Source: an uncultured Acidobacteriota bacterium (GTDB lineage: Bacteria > Acidobacteriota > Vicinamibacteria > Fen-336). Taken from it: 64,000 nt of DNA. The notes beneath the pieces were generated by a model. That model was given only the letters and a program-made list of their open reading frames with translations. It did not search any database and was not told the origin of the DNA. Made by a program: the position numbers and the translations under genes. Below are positions 37,440-48,517 of the stretch, in pieces; position 1 is the first letter of the stretch; each line of letters starts with the position of its first letter. The stretch spans positions 595,571 through 659,570 of the forward strand of contig CAVSPR010000006.1 of the NCBI GenBank assembly GCA_963729875.1, in the 5' to 3' direction.

Positions 37440-38549
37440 TCAGCCGAGCAGGTCCTTCATCCGCTCGAGGAGCGACTTGTCCTTGTCCTTGAAGTCGGGG
37501 ACGGGAAGCGTCTTCGCCAACTGCTCGAAGAGCTTGCGCTGCTCCGAGCTGAGGTGCTTCGGGACCACGACGCGGACGAGGACGTGCAGGTCGCCGCGCC
37601 CGCGGCCGCCGAGCGCGGGGATTCCCTGGCCCTTGACCCGGAGGACGGTGCCGGACTGGGTTCCCTCGGGAACCGCGAGACGCGTCTTGCCGCCCCCCAG
37701 GGTCGGGACCTCGAGCGTCGCCCCGAGCGCGGCCTGGGGCACGCTGACCGGCAACTCGCAGAACAGGTTCGTCCCGTCGCGCCTGAAGAACTCGTGCTCC
37801 GCCACGCGCAGGACGACGTAGAGGTCCCCCGGGGGGCCGCCCTGGCCCCCTGGCTCGCCCTCGCCCCCGATCCGGAGCTGGCTCCCGGTGTCCACCCCGG
37901 GCGGGATCTTGATCTGCAGGGTCCTCTCGGTCGGCACGTGCCCCTCGCCGCCACAGGTGTGACAGGGCTCGGCCACGATCCGCCCGGACCCGCGGCAGTG
38001 GCTGCAGGTGCGCGCCACGCTGAAGAACCCCTGCTGGAACGTGACCTGCCCGGCCCCGCGGCACGTGGGGCACGTGGTCGGCTTCGTCCCGGGTGCCGCC
38101 CCGCTGCCGGAGCAGGCCGAGCAAGTCTCGGCCCGGGGTATCCGGATCTGGGTCTCGGTCCCGAACGCCGCCTCCTCGAAGGAGAGCTCCAGGTTGTAGC
38201 GGAGGTCGGACCCGCGGCGCGGGCCGCGGCGCCGGCTGAAGACGTCCCCGAACCCGAAGAAGTCCCCGAGGATGTCGCTGAAGTCCGCGAAGATCGTGGG
38301 GTCGAAGCCGGCCGCGGCGCCACCGACGCCGGCGTGGCCGTACGCGTCGTAGCGCCGCCGCTTCTCGGGGTCACCGAGGGCGCCGTACGCCTCCGCGGCC
38401 TCCTTGAAGCGCTCCTCCGCCTGGCGATCGCCCGGGTTGCGGTCGGGGTGGTGCTTGAGCGCGAGCTTGCGGTAGGCGGACTTGATCTCCTGCTCCGAGG
38501 CGTTGCGGGGGACCCCGAGGACCTCGTAGTAGTCGCGCGGGGGCGTCAC
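37440..38549 (-). CDS. dnaJ: Molecular chaperone DnaJ
   Basis: J domain (M)[12 protein letters not shown]...HHPDRNPGD and four CxxCxGxG zinc motifs. GTG 38549 or ATG 38561. No in-frame stop separates it from the dnaK C-terminal frame. Confidence 0.9.
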   Translation of the reverse strand: MTPPRDYYEVLGVPRNASEQEIKSAYRKLALKHHPDRNPGDRQAEERFKEAAEAYGALGDPEKRRRYDAYGHAGVGGAAAGFDPTIFADFSDILGDFFGFGDVFSRRRGPRRGSDLRYNLELSFEEAAFGTETQIRIPRAETCSACSGSGAAPGTKPTTCPTCRGAGQVTFQQGFFSVARTCSHCRGSGRIVAEPCHTCGGEGHVPTERTLQIKIPPGVDTGSQLRIGGEGEPGGQGGPPGDLYVVLRVAEHEFFRRDGTNLFCELPVSVPQAALGATLEVPTLGGGKTRLAVPEGTQSGTVLRVKGQGIPALGGRGRGDLHVLVRVVVPKHLSSEQRKLFEQLAKTLPVPDFKDKDKSLLERMKDLLG

Positions 38550-40356
38550 GGATCGCAGCATGGCCTGGCCGATGACGCCCGCCGCCTTCTCCATGTCGGC
38601 GAGGCGCTCGCTGAGCTCGTCGAGGCCGCCGTCCGCCCGCGACTTCTTGGCCTTCTCGATCGCCTCGAGTATGCGCTGCTGCTCCTCGGGCGTGAGCTTG
38701 CCCTCCAGGGCCTGGACCGAGCGCATCGTGTTCGCGACCAGGCCGTCCAGCTTCCGCACGACGGTCTCGAGGTCCTTTCGCGTCTTCTCCTCGGCCTCGC
38801 GGGCGCGGGTCTCGCCGACGAGGCGGCCCACCTCCGCCTGGCTGAGGCCGCCCGAGGGGTGGATCGTCATGGCCTGGGAGCGGCCGGTGGCCTGGTCGGT
38901 GGCCGACACCGAGACGATGCCGTTCACGTCGATCTCGAAGGTGACCTCGATCTGGGGTACGCCCTTGGGCGCGGGCGGGATGCTCGTGAGCTCGAACTTG
39001 GCGAGGCTCTTGTTGTAGGCCGCCATGTCGCTCTCGCCCTGCAGCGCGTGCACCTCGACCCGGGTCTGGTTGTCGGCCACGGTGGTGAACACCCGGCTCT
39101 TCCGGGTCGGGATCGTGCTGTTGCGCTCGATCAGGGGAGTGAACGTCCCGTCCTTCGTCTCGATGCCGAGCGTGTGCGGGGTGACGTCCAGGAGGACGAG
39201 GTCCTTGACCTCGCCCTGGATGATGCCCGGTCTGGATCGCCGCGCCCATGGCAACGCCCTCGTCGGGGTTGACCGCGCGGTTCCCCTCCTTGCCGAAGAC
39301 CCGGCGGACCAGCTCTGCCACCTTGGGGGCGCGGGTCTGGCCCCCGAGCAGCAGCACCTCGTCGATCTGCTCGGGCTTCATCCCGGCGTCAGCGAGGCAC
39401 TGCGTGCAGGGCGCGATCGTCCGCTCGAGCAGCTCGTCGGTGAGCTCCTCGTACCTCTGGCGGGTCAGAACGGTGTTGAGGTGCTTGGGCCCCGAGGCGT
39501 CGGCGGAGATGAAGGGCAGCACGATCTCGGTCTGCTGGGCCGTGCTGAGCTCGCACTTGGCCTTCTCCGCCGCCTCCTTGAGGCGCTGCAGGGCCATGCG
39601 GTCCTGCTTCAGGTCGATGCCGGTCTCCCGGGAGAACTCGCCGATCAGCCAGTCGATGACCCGCTGGTCGAAGTCCTCCCCCCCGAGGTAGGTGTCGCCG
39701 CCGGTCGCCCGGACCTGGAACAGCCCGTCCGCCATCTCGAGGATCGTGATGTCGAAGGTGCCCCCGCCGAGGTCGTAGACGGCCACGAACTGGCCGCTCT
39801 TGCCGGAGTTCTTGAGCCCGTACGCGAGGGCGGCCGCGGTGGGCTCGTTGATGATGCGGGAGACCTTGAGGCCCGCGATGAGACCGGCGTCCTTGGTCGC
39901 CTGGCGCTGGGGATCGTTGAAGTAGGCGGGGACGGTGATGATCGCCTCCTCGACCGTCTCGCCGAGGTAGTCTTCCGCCGCCGCCTTCAGCTTCTGGAGC
40001 ACGAACGAGGAGATCTCGGGCGGCGAATAGGGCTTGTCCTCGATCTGGATGGAGACGTCGCCGTTCGGGGCGGGTATGAGCTGGAAGGGCAGGAACTGCC
40101 GCGCCTGCTCGGCCTCGGGGGAGTCGAACTTGCGGCCGATGAGGCGCTTGACGGCGAAGACGGTGTTCTTCGGGTTGGTCAGGGCCTGCCGCTTGGCGAT
40201 CTGCCCGACCAGCCGCTCGCCCTTGGCCGTGAAGCCCACGATGGAGGGCGTCGTGCGCGCCCCCTCCTGGTTGGGGATGACCTGCGGGACGCCGCCCTCC
40301 ATCACCGCCACGCACGAGTTCGTCGTGCCCAGGTCGATGCCGATCATCTTTCCCAC
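38546..40356 (-). CDS. dnaK: Molecular chaperone DnaK, interrupted by at least one frameshift as sequenced
   Basis: [13 protein letters not shown]...DLGGGTFD...[15 protein letters not shown] in one frame. [23 protein letters not shown]... in another (extra base near 39225). The 3' end is unresolved; a TGA at 38546-38548 lies in a third frame. Confidence 0.9.
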
Positions 40357-40389
40357 GGTGGAACCTCGCTCCCTAATTCCGTCCCGCTC

Positions 40390-41001
40390 CTACTCCACGT
40401 CCCCGCCGTCGTCGGCATCCTCCGGCTCGCCGCTCGCGACCTTCACGAGCGCCGGGCGGAGCAGCCGGCCCTTGTACGTGTAGCCCTTCCGGAAGACCTC
40501 CGCCACCGTCCCCGCCTCGTATCCCGCGGCCGGCTCGTGCACGATGGCCTGGTGGAGGGAGGGGTCGAACCGCTGTCCCAGCGGCGCGACCGTCTCCACG
40601 CCGAGCGAGTCGAGGAGCGAGAGCAGCTCGCGGTGGGTGAGCTCGACGCCCTCGCGCAGGCTCGAGTCCCCGCCGGCGGCGCCCAGCGCCCGCTCGAGGT
40701 TGTCGACGGTACCGAGGACCTGGCGGAGGATCCCGGCTTCGGCCTCGGCCGTGACGCCGGCGCGGTCGCGCTCCACGCGGCGCCGGAAGTTCTCGAAGTC
40801 CGCCCGGCGGCGCAGCAGCGCGTCCTTGAGGTCGTCCCGCTCGCGGCGCAGCGCCTCGAGCTCGTCGGGCGGCTCGCTCGCCGCGAGCCCCGACTCCTCG
40901 GACGCCTCCGTCCCGGCGTCGGGTGCCGCTTCGGAGCCTTCGGGCGCCGGCGGCGCGGCCACCGGGAGGTTCTCGTCCTGTCCGTTGCCCTTCGTGCTCA
41001 C
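40390..41001 (-). CDS. grpE: Nucleotide exchange factor GrpE
   Basis: 203 aa. [16 protein letters not shown] and the conserved C-terminal beta domain. GTG overlaps the hrcA stop. Confidence 0.9.
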   Translation of the reverse strand: MSTKGNGQDENLPVAAPPAPEGSEAAPDAGTEASEESGLAASEPPDELEALRRERDDLKDALLRRRADFENFRRRVERDRAGVTAEAEAGILRQVLGTVDNLERALGAAGGDSSLREGVELTHRELLSLLDSLGVETVAPLGQRFDPSLHQAIVHEPAAGYEAGTVAEVFRKGYTYKGRLLRPALVKVASGEPEDADDGGDVE

Positions 41002-42044
41002 GCGCGGTGCCCCCGCAGGATCTCCGAGACGGCCCGGGCGATGTGGTCGACGAGCGACACGACGTGCGCGTACTCCATGCGGGTCGAGCCGAGCACTCCG
41101 AGGCCGAACCCCGGCTCGCCCTCGACCCGGCAGCTCGCGGCGACGAGAGACAGGTCCCGCAGCTCCGGGTCCGGGTTCTCGTGGCCGATGAGCACCCGGA
41201 TCCCGTCGCCGGTGATGCAGGCGTTGAGGATCCGCACCAGCCGGCTCTTCTCCTCGAACGTCCGGAACAGCGCCCGCATCCGCTCGAGGTCGTCGAACTC
41301 GGGGTGGGAGAGGATGTTGGAGGTGCCGTCGAGATAGACGCTCGGCTCGCCCTCGCCGACAGAGAAGGCACGCTCCCCGAGGGCGACCACCTTCTTGAGC
41401 AGCGAGTCGTAGAGGGCCTTCTCTTCATTCATCAGCTCGAGCAGGCGCGCGCGGATCTCCGCGAGGGTCATGCCGGCGAAGTGCTCGTTCAGGTAGTTCG
41501 CGCAGGCCTGCAGGTCGCTCGGGCCCAGCTCCTCCTCGACCTCGATCACCTTGTGGGTGACGATGCCGTTGGCGGAGACCATCACCACGAGCACGCGCGG
41601 GTGCCCGAGGGGCACGAGGTCCACGTGGCGGAAGCTGGTCCTCGCGATGTCGGGGGTGAGCACGAAGCCCACGTGCCGGCTCAGGCGCGAGAGAAGGTGC
41701 GAGGCGCGCTCCATCGTCTGCTCGACCGAGCCCTCGGGCGAGCGGAGCTCGCTCGCGATGCGGGCCGCCTCGCCCGGGGCGAGCGGGTGCAGGTTCATGA
41801 GCGAGTCGACGAAGAAGCGGTAGCCCTCGTCGGTCGGGACGCGCCCCGCGCTCGTGTGGGGGTGGTCGAGGTACCCGAGCGCCTCGAGGTCGGCCATGAT
41901 CGCCCGCAGCGAGGCGGGGGAGAGCGAGCGCCCGAGGGCGCGGGACAGGTTCTCCGAGCCCACGGGCTCACCGCTGTCGACGTGAAGCTGAATGAGCGTC
42001 CGCAGGACTTCGCGCCTGCGGTCGTCCAAAGCCGTCGCGGGCAT
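40998..42044 (-). CDS. hrcA: Heat-inducible transcription repressor HrcA
   Basis: 348 aa from [33 protein letters not shown] (winged helix). It is the C-terminal part of track ORF 40998..43517. Confidence 0.88.
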   Translation of the reverse strand: MPATALDDRRREVLRTLIQLHVDSGEPVGSENLSRALGRSLSPASLRAIMADLEALGYLDHPHTSAGRVPTDEGYRFFVDSLMNLHPLAPGEAARIASELRSPEGSVEQTMERASHLLSRLSRHVGFVLTPDIARTSFRHVDLVPLGHPRVLVVMVSANGIVTHKVIEVEEELGPSDLQACANYLNEHFAGMTLAEIRARLLELMNEEKALYDSLLKKVVALGERAFSVGEGEPSVYLDGTSNILSHPEFDDLERMRALFRTFEEKSRLVRILNACITGDGIRVLIGHENPDPELRDLSLVAASCRVEGEPGFGLGVLGSTRMEYAHVVSLVDHIARAVSEILRGHRA

Positions 42045-42069
42045 CGTTTCGGCCGAAATTATACCCGTT

Positions 42070-43552
42070 TCAGTCGATCTGGGCCCGCTGCAGCTTTCCG
42101 CTGAAGTCGATGTAGATGCTCTTCCACTCGGAGAAGACGTCGAGGGCCTGCACGCAGGCCTCCCGGTGCCCGTTGCCGGTGCCCTTCGTCCCGCCGAAGG
42201 GGAGGTGGGTTTCGGCCCCGATCGTCGGGCGCGTTCACGTAGAAGATCCCGGTGTAGATCTCCCTCATGGCGGTGAAGGCCTTGTTGACGTCCTGGGTGT
42301 AGATCGAGGCCGAGAGGCCGTACTCCACCGAGTTGCCGACCTCGATCGCCTCCTCGAGGGACCCCACCGGGATCACCGAGACCACGGGGCCGAAGATCTC
42401 CTCGTGGGCGACCCGCATCTTCGGCGAGCAGTCGCCGAAGATCGTCGGCTCGTGGAAGTAGCCCTTGGCGTGGGCTCCGCCCGAGAGGCGGGTGCCTCCG
42501 GCCAGGAGCTTTGCCCCCTCGTCCTTGCCGATCTTCACGTAGCTCTCGACCGTGTGGAGCTGCCCCTCGTTGACGCAGGGACCCATCTGGGTCTTCGGGT
42601 CGAGGCCGTTGCCGACCCGCAGGCCCCTGGCCCCCGCCACGAAGCGCTCGACGAACTCCGCGTAGACCTTCTTGTGGACGGCCACCCGGCTCGACGCGGT
42701 GCAGCGCTGGCCGGTGGTGCCGAAGCCGCCCCAGAGCGCGCCCTCGACCGCGAGGTCGAGGCGGGCGTCGTCCATCACCATGATGACGTTCTTGCCGCCC
42801 ATCTCGAGGTGGCAGTGCTTGAAGCCGGGGGCGCACGCCTGCGAGACCTTCCGGCCGATCTCCGTCGAGCCGGTGAAGGAGACGATGCCCACGTCCCCGT
42901 GGCCCATGAGCGGCGTCCCGACCTTCGAGCCGCTCCCGCTCACCATGTTCACGACACCGCGGGGGAGGCCGGCATCCTCGAGGACCTTGACGAGGTTCAC
43001 GACCGAGAGCGGGGTGTCGGTCGCCGGCTTGATCACCACCGTGTTGCCCAGGATGAGCGCGGGCATCATCTTCCACGAGGGGATCGCCATGGGGAAGTTC
43101 CACGGGGTGATGAGCCCGGCGACCCCCACCGGCTGACGCACCGACATCTGGAACTTGTCCGGCATCTCCGACGGGGTGGTCTGGCCGAACTGGCGGCGTC
43201 CCTCGCCGGCCATGTAGTACGTCATGTCGATCGCCTCCTGGACGTCCCCGCGGGTCTCGTCCAGGATCTTCCCCATCTCCCGCGTCATGTCCCGCGAGAG
43301 ATCCTCCTTCTTCCGCACGAGGATCTCGGCGGCCCGGTAGAGGATCTCGCCCCGCTTGGGCGCCGGCAGGGCCTTCCACTTCGGGAAGGCGGCCCGCGCC
43401 GTCGCGATCGCCTTCTCCACGTCCTCGGGCCCGGAGTCGGCGAAGACGCCGACGAGCTCGTCGCGGTCCGCCGGGTTGCGGTTCTCGAAGGTCCGCCCGG
43501 AAGCGGCGGGGACCCACTGCCCGTCGATGTAGTTCCCGTGGGTGCTGGCCAT
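42070..43552 (-). CDS. NAD(P)-dependent aldehyde dehydrogenase, one frameshift near the 3' end as sequenced
   Basis: [23 protein letters not shown]-type LEMGGKN, GQRCTA. After GIFYVNAP an extra base (about 42226) shifts the frame. The corrected frame reads [23 protein letters not shown]...GKLQRAQID-stop at 42070. Confidence 0.85.
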
Positions 43553-43561
43553 GGAATCCTC

Positions 43562-43999
43562 CTACGCCTTCCCACCCCCCGGGTGGGGTGACATGTCGCT
43601 GTTGCCGCGGAAGGTCGCTCCCTCCACGATGACCACGCGGGGCGCCCGGATGTTGCCGGTGAGCCGGCCGCTCGCCTCGATCTCCACTCGCTCGGCGGCC
43701 TGGCAGTCGCCGACGAGCTCGCCCGACACCACCACGGTCTTCGCCGACACCGTGGCCTTGACGGTCCCGCCCGGAGCGACGCGCAGGTCGCCGGTGATCC
43801 GGATGGTCCCCTCCACCAGGCCCTCGACGAAGACGGTCTCGGCGCCGGTGAGCTCGCCCTTGAGCTGCGTCTTGGCCCCGATCACGCAGGGCGAAGGCGT
43901 CGACGGGCGGGGAGAGGCCGCCGCCGGTGGGGCCGAGGCGGGCGCCGCCGCTCGCGCTGCGCCCTCCGGCGGCTTGCTGTCCTTGCCGAAGATTCCCAT
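43562..43999 (-). CDS. Bactofilin (polymer-forming cytoskeletal protein)
   Basis: 145 aa. Pro/Ala-rich N-terminus followed by beta-helical repeats (IGAKTQLKGELTGAETVFVEGLVEGTI...GELVGD...GRLTGNI). Confidence 0.85.
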   Translation of the reverse strand: MGIFGKDSKPPEGAARAAAPASAPPAAASPRPSTPSPCVIGAKTQLKGELTGAETVFVEGLVEGTIRITGDLRVAPGGTVKATVSAKTVVVSGELVGDCQAAERVEIEASGRLTGNIRAPRVVIVEGATFRGNSDMSPHPGGGKA

Positions 44000-44045
44000 G
44001 CCTACCTCCCGAGAGGGTCCACTGGCCGGCGTCGGCGTGGGCGAT

Positions 44046-44121
44046 TGGAGCGGGCGACGGGATTCGAACCCGCGACTCCGAGCTTGGGAAGCTCGTACTC
44101 TACCAGCTGAGCTACGCCCGC
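44046..44121 (-). tRNA. tRNA-Gly (anticodon CCC)
   Basis: The reverse complement GCGGGCGTAGCTCAGCTGGTAGAGTACGAGCTTCCCAAGCTCGGAGTCGCGGGTTCGAATCCCGTCGCCCGCTCCA folds as a cloverleaf with loop TTCCCAA. Confidence 0.9.
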
Positions 44122-44182
44122 CTGCTTGCGCTCGACCCGACGATGATAGCCACCGCCTCCGGCGCGGTCAAGGCGCGCCCGC

Positions 44183-45532
44183 TCAGGCGCGGATGACCGA
44201 CAGCACCTCGTCCCGCCGCCGTTCCATCTCGGCGCGGCTGGCCGCCTCCAGGTTCAGGCGCAGCAGCGGCTCCGTGTTCGAGGGCCGCACGTTGAAGTGC
44301 CACGCGTCGTAGTCCACGGACACCCCGTCGAGCCCGGTGACCCTCCCGTCGCGGTACCGCTCGGCGATTCGGGCGAGGGCCCGCTCCACGTCGTCCACCC
44401 GCGAGTTGATCTCCCCGGAGATGTGGTACCGCTCGCGGAGGGGACGGAGGATCTCGCTGAGGCGGCGGCGCTCGCGGCCCAGCATCTCGAGCACCAGCAG
44501 GGCCGGGATCATGCCGTTGTCCGCGAACCAGTTCTCGCGGAAGTAGAAGTGCCCCGAGACCTCGCCCCCGAAGACCGCGCGCTCGTCGCGCATCCGCTTC
44601 TTGATGAAGGCGTGGCCCACCCGGTTCATCAGGGCGACGCCGCCGGCCGCGCCCACGCGGTCGGCCACCGCGCGCGAGGCCCGGACGTCGTAGACGATCT
44701 TCGCCCCGGGCTCCCGCCGGGCGAAGGTCTCGCCGAGGAGGGCGGTCACGAAGTCGCCGGGCACGTACTCGCCCGTGTCGTCGATGAAGAAGCAGCGGTC
44801 GGCATCCCCGTCCCAGGCGATCCCGAGGTCGGCCCCCTCGGAGAGCACGCGCTCCACGACGTCGCGCCGGTTCTCCTCGAGCAGCGGGTCGGCCGGGTGG
44901 TTCGGGAACGTCCCGTCGAGCTCGAAGTACATCCGCACCGTGTCCACCGGCAGGTGGGGGAAGATGGCCGAGGCCCCCACCGCCCCCATCCCGTTCGCGG
45001 TGTCGAGGACGACCCGCAGCCGCGGGATCGAGGCGGGGTCGACGAAGGAGAGGCAGTGCCGGGAGTACTCCTCGCGCACTTCCGCGGTGTGGAGGGCGCC
45101 GGCCGGCGGCGGGTCGTCCGCGTAGCGGCCGGCGCCGAGCCACTCGCGGATCTCCTTGATCCCGGCGTCACCGGAGAGGGCGAGGGCCCCGCGCCGGACG
45201 AGCTTGACCCCGTTCCACTCCTTCGGGTTGTGGGAGGCGGTGACGATCGCGCCCCCGTCGAGGTCGCGGTGCGCCACGTGGAAGTAGAGCACGTCGGTGC
45301 CGACGACGCCGATGTCGGTCACGTCGGCGCCCTGCGAGCGGGCGCCGGCGACGAACGCGGCCGCGAGCTCGGGCGAGGAGAGGCGGCAGTCCCGTCCGAC
45401 GGCGATGCGGCGCGCCCCGAGGTAGTCCACGAACGCGCGGCCGACGCGCCGCGCGACCTCGGCGTCGAGCTGCGAGGGGAAGAGCCCCCGGATGTCGTAC
45501 GCCTTGAAGATGCCGGGCTCGATGGCGGTCAT
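44183..45532 (-). CDS. Phosphomannomutase/phosphoglucomutase family protein
   Basis: 449 aa uninterrupted. FKAYDIRG, active-site TASHNP, DGDADR. Confidence 0.88.
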   Translation of the reverse strand: MTAIEPGIFKAYDIRGLFPSQLDAEVARRVGRAFVDYLGARRIAVGRDCRLSSPELAAAFVAGARSQGADVTDIGVVGTDVLYFHVAHRDLDGGAIVTASHNPKEWNGVKLVRRGALALSGDAGIKEIREWLGAGRYADDPPPAGALHTAEVREEYSRHCLSFVDPASIPRLRVVLDTANGMGAVGASAIFPHLPVDTVRMYFELDGTFPNHPADPLLEENRRDVVERVLSEGADLGIAWDGDADRCFFIDDTGEYVPGDFVTALLGETFARREPGAKIVYDVRASRAVADRVGAAGGVALMNRVGHAFIKKRMRDERAVFGGEVSGHFYFRENWFADNGMIPALLVLEMLGRERRRLSEILRPLRERYHISGEINSRVDDVERALARIAERYRDGRVTGLDGVSVDYDAWHFNVRPSNTEPLLRLNLEAASRAEMERRRDEVLSVIRA

Positions 45533-45548
45533 GTCTCCTCGAGGGGGG

Positions 45549-46601
45549 CTAGAGGGTCCGGGAGTAGTCGCTCACCGCCGACCCCTCCCCGAGGACGGCG
45601 TGGCGCAGCGTGCTCGAGCGGCCGAGGCGGACGCCGGGGCCGACGAGGCAGCCCTCGACCTCGCAGTCGGGCCCGGCCTCGACGCCGCGCCAGAGGACGC
45701 AGTCCCGCAAGGAGGCCCCCTTGCGCACGCGCACGTCGGCCACCAGCACGGTTCCCGGTCCCAGCCGAGCCCCCGCCTCGACCTCGCAGCCGGGCCCGAC
45801 GTAGAACGCCCCGTCGAGCACCGCCTCGTCGGACACGTGCCCGGCCGGGTGGACGAAGCCGGCGCCGCGGGGAGCGCCGTCGAGCGACACCGCGAAGCGC
45901 CGGCCCAGGATGTCGCGGTGGACCTGCAGGTACTTTTCGGGGGTCCCGATGTCGATCCAGTAGCCGCGGTGGACGGGCCCCAGGACGCGGTCGCCCCGCG
46001 CGAGGAGGGTGGGGAAGAAGCCCCGCTCGATCGAGTAGTTGACCCCGGCGGGCATGAGGTCGATCACGCCGGTCTCGAGGACGTAGATCCCGGCGTTGAT
46101 CGTGTCGGTCGTGATCTCCTCCGGCCGCGGCTTCTCGAGGAAGCGCTTCACGCGGCCCGCCGGGTCCGTCTCGACGAGACCGTAGGCGGCCGGGTTCTCC
46201 ACCGGGGTGAGAACGATGGTGGCCGATGCGCCCTCGGCCGCGTGCCGGGCGACCACGGCGGCGAGGTCGACGTCGGTCAGGACGTCACCGTTCAGCACGA
46301 TCGTACGCTCGTCGAGCAGAGGCAGGGCGTTGCGCACCGCCCCGCCCGTGCCGAGCGGGGTGTCCTCGACGGCATACCGGATGTGGACGCCGAAAGCGCG
46401 GCCGTCGCCGAAGACCGCTTCGACGCGCTCGGGCCGGTACGCGACCGAGAAGACCACCTCCCGCACGCCCGCCGCCGCCAGCAGGTCGAGCTGGTGCCGC
46501 AGGAACGGGCGGTCCACGACGGGGACGACGGGCTTCGGTGTCGAGAGGGTGAGGGGCCGAAGGCGGGTCCCCTCACCGCCGGCGAGGATGACGGCTCTCA
46601 T
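45549..46601 (-). CDS. Sugar-1-phosphate nucleotidylyltransferase (mannose-1-P guanylyltransferase-like) with C-terminal left-handed beta-helix
   Basis: MRAVILAGGEGTRLRPLTLSTPKP and C-terminal hexapeptide repeats. Start at the internal M of track ORF 45549..46649. Confidence 0.85.
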   Translation of the reverse strand: MRAVILAGGEGTRLRPLTLSTPKPVVPVVDRPFLRHQLDLLAAAGVREVVFSVAYRPERVEAVFGDGRAFGVHIRYAVEDTPLGTGGAVRNALPLLDERTIVLNGDVLTDVDLAAVVARHAAEGASATIVLTPVENPAAYGLVETDPAGRVKRFLEKPRPEEITTDTINAGIYVLETGVIDLMPAGVNYSIERGFFPTLLARGDRVLGPVHRGYWIDIGTPEKYLQVHRDILGRRFAVSLDGAPRGAGFVHPAGHVSDEAVLDGAFYVGPGCEVEAGARLGPGTVLVADVRVRKGASLRDCVLWRGVEAGPDCEVEGCLVGPGVRLGRSSTLRHAVLGEGSAVSDYSRTL

Positions 46602-46693
46602 GATCCTGGGCCGCGGATCATAGCACCCCTCGGCGGGAGACGCCGCCACGCCGTCCTTGACGTCCGCGCGACCATCCCATATAAGACCCCGCG

Positions 46694-47287
46694 TTGAGCC
46701 CGCACGACCGCAAGTGGAACCTGCCGAACGCGCTCACCGTCTTGCGCATCTTCCTCGTGCCGCTGCTGGTGGTCGTGCTGTTGACGCGGTTCGAGTGGCA
46801 CCTCTACTTCGGTGCTGCCATCTACGGCGTTGCCGTCCTCACGGACTTTCTCGACGGCTTCGTCGCGCGGCGCCGGAACCAGGTGACCCGCCTCGGCATC
46901 CTCCTCGACCCGCTCGCGGACAAGCTCCTCAACGCGGCCGCGTTCCTCTCCCTCGTCGAGATAGGGCTCGTGCCGGCCTGGGTGGTGATGATCATCCTCG
47001 CCCGGGAGATCGCGGTGACCGGCCTGCGAAACGTCGCCGCGGGCCGGGGCATTCTCATCCGGGCCTCGGGCCTGGGGAAGGCCAAGATGGTCGTCCAGGT
47101 CACGGCGATCCTGCTGGTCCTTCTTTCCCGGCCCCTGCCCGCGTTGCGGGTCCCCGGCCTCATCGCGCTCGCCGTGGTGGTGGCGGTGACGCTCTTCTCC
47201 GGCGCCGACTACTTCCGGCGCTTCTGGAAGGACGTCGTGCGAGGGCCGGGACGGGGGGACGGGGCGGGGGACGCCGGCCGCGAATGA
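46694..47287 (+). CDS. pgsA: CDP-diacylglycerol--glycerol-3-phosphate 3-phosphatidyltransferase
   Basis: 197 aa. NALTVLRI and DFLDGFVARRRNQVTRLGILLDPLADK (CDP-alcohol phosphatidyltransferase motif). Confidence 0.88.
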   Translation: MSPHDRKWNLPNALTVLRIFLVPLLVVVLLTRFEWHLYFGAAIYGVAVLTDFLDGFVARRRNQVTRLGILLDPLADKLLNAAAFLSLVEIGLVPAWVVMIILAREIAVTGLRNVAAGRGILIRASGLGKAKMVVQVTAILLVLLSRPLPALRVPGLIALAVVVAVTLFSGADYFRRFWKDVVRGPGRGDGAGDAGRE

Positions 47288-47290
47288 GAA

Positions 47291-47320
47291 AAGGGCCTGG
47301 CCCCGCGGGGCCAGGCCCTT
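47291..47320. terminator. Hairpin between convergent pgsA and LysM genes
   Basis: AAGGGCCTGGCCCC/GGGGCCAGGCCCTT inverted repeat. On the minus strand it is followed by TTTTCTCATT, so it is best placed as terminator of the LysM gene. Confidence 0.65.
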
Positions 47321-47341
47321 GCCGAGGGCGACGGCGAGCGC

Positions 47342-48517
47342 CTAGCGCAGCTCTGCCTCGTCGCCGACCATGATCTCCCGTTTTGCGTAGGTCACCTTCG
47401 CCGTCGCGGTCTTCTCGCGCACCGAGACGACGGTCGCCTCTCCCACGGCGTCGCGGGGCGTCGGGACGGAGGGGTAGACGATGCGGAACACCGAGAAGAC
47501 GTTCCCCGGAGCGACCCCGTCCTCGAGGCCCGCGTCGATCGTCACGAAGTGGCCCGTGCCGGCGATCGTCGCGTCGTCCTGGACGTCCACCACGTGGCGG
47601 GAGATCTTGCCGTTCGCCGGGGCGCAGCACTCCGCGGGTGCCCGACGGACGACCATGGGCACGTTGACCTTCTCGAACGGCTTCAGGTAGTCGCCGGCGT
47701 GGACGTCCGCACACACGGTCTCGATCACGGCGCAGGCGGCGTCCTCCTGGACGAGGATCACCTTCACCCAGCCGGTCGTCTCGATCTTGGTGCCCAGCTT
47801 CTTGCCCGAGACCGGGTGTCTCAGCGGGTAGGCGACGTGGTGGAGCGTGTAGAGGTCCCCGGCCTTCACGCCCGCGTTGGCCCCCTTGTTGAGGTAGACG
47901 ATGTCACGCTCGGACAGGGCGGTCTTGTCGCTCCCGAGCTCGGACCCGACGAGGTAGAGGCTCTCGTCCTCGCGCTCGGAGACGACGTACTGCGCGCACT
48001 GCAGGGCCTGCTCCTCGGTCACCGGGGCGAGGGCCGCCGCCGCGCTGGCGTCGCCGGGAGCCGCCCCGAGCTCGGCCGGCTCCTCGCCCAGGCCCTCGGG
48101 GCCGCCGGGGGGCGGCGCCTGTCCGGCCTGCTCGGCGACCACCTCGAGCTTGGGCAGGAGCACGGGGTCCCCCGGGTAGATCCAGTGCGCGTCCTTGATG
48201 TACTTGTTCTGGTCCCAGATCTGGGGCCAGAGGTACGGGGTCTTCAGGTAGCGGCCGGCGAGGTCCCACAGCGTGTCGCCACGCTCGACGATGTGGTAGG
48301 CGACGCCCTCCGGCACCTGGGTGGGGAAGTCGGGGTTCTTCGTCCAGTGGGGAGCGATGGTGGCGGGCCCCGTCTGGAGGCCTGCCGGCGCGTCCTGCGC
48401 GAGGGCGAGGCCCCCCGCAAGCGCGAGTGTCACGAGACCACCCAGGATCAGCTTCGGTCTCACAGCCTTTCCTCCCGGACGGATCTGTCCCCGTCCTCCA
48501 CGAGCCACGGCCTTCAC
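47342..48517 (-). CDS. LysM domain-containing secreted protein
   Basis: 391 aa. Signal/TM LILGGLVTLALAGGLALA and LysM YHIVERGDTLWDLAGRYLKTPYLWPQIW. Confidence 0.8.
   Translation of the reverse strand: MKAVARGGRGQIRPGGKAVRPKLILGGLVTLALAGGLALAQDAPAGLQTGPATIAPHWTKNPDFPTQVPEGVAYHIVERGDTLWDLAGRYLKTPYLWPQIWDQNKYIKDAHWIYPGDPVLLPKLEVVAEQAGQAPPPGGPEGLGEEPAELGAAPGDASAAAALAPVTEEQALQCAQYVVSEREDESLYLVGSELGSDKTALSERDIVYLNKGANAGVKAGDLYTLHHVAYPLRHPVSGKKLGTKIETTGWVKVILVQEDAACAVIETVCADVHAGDYLKPFEKVNVPMVVRRAPAECCAPANGKISRHVVDVQDDATIAGTGHFVTIDAGLEDGVAPGNVFSVFRIVYPSVPTPRDAVGEATVVSVREKTATAKVTYAKREIMVGDEAELR

Noticed and set aside
37440-39254. A DnaK C-terminus/DnaJ fusion protein (604 aa) as a genuine novel chaperone fusion.
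   Set aside because: dnaK already carries an obvious indel 700 nt upstream. A GTGA stop/start arrangement appears if one further indel is assumed. The window shows many such errors. A real fusion would need experimental support.
40998-43517. An 839-aa ORF that appears to fuse an N-terminal domain to HrcA. Likewise, 53132..55282 appears to fuse sequence to Fmt.
   Set aside because: The N-terminal parts are out-of-frame translations of the aldehyde dehydrogenase gene, and of def/aroC respectively. hrcA and fmt have their own starts at 42044 and 54067.
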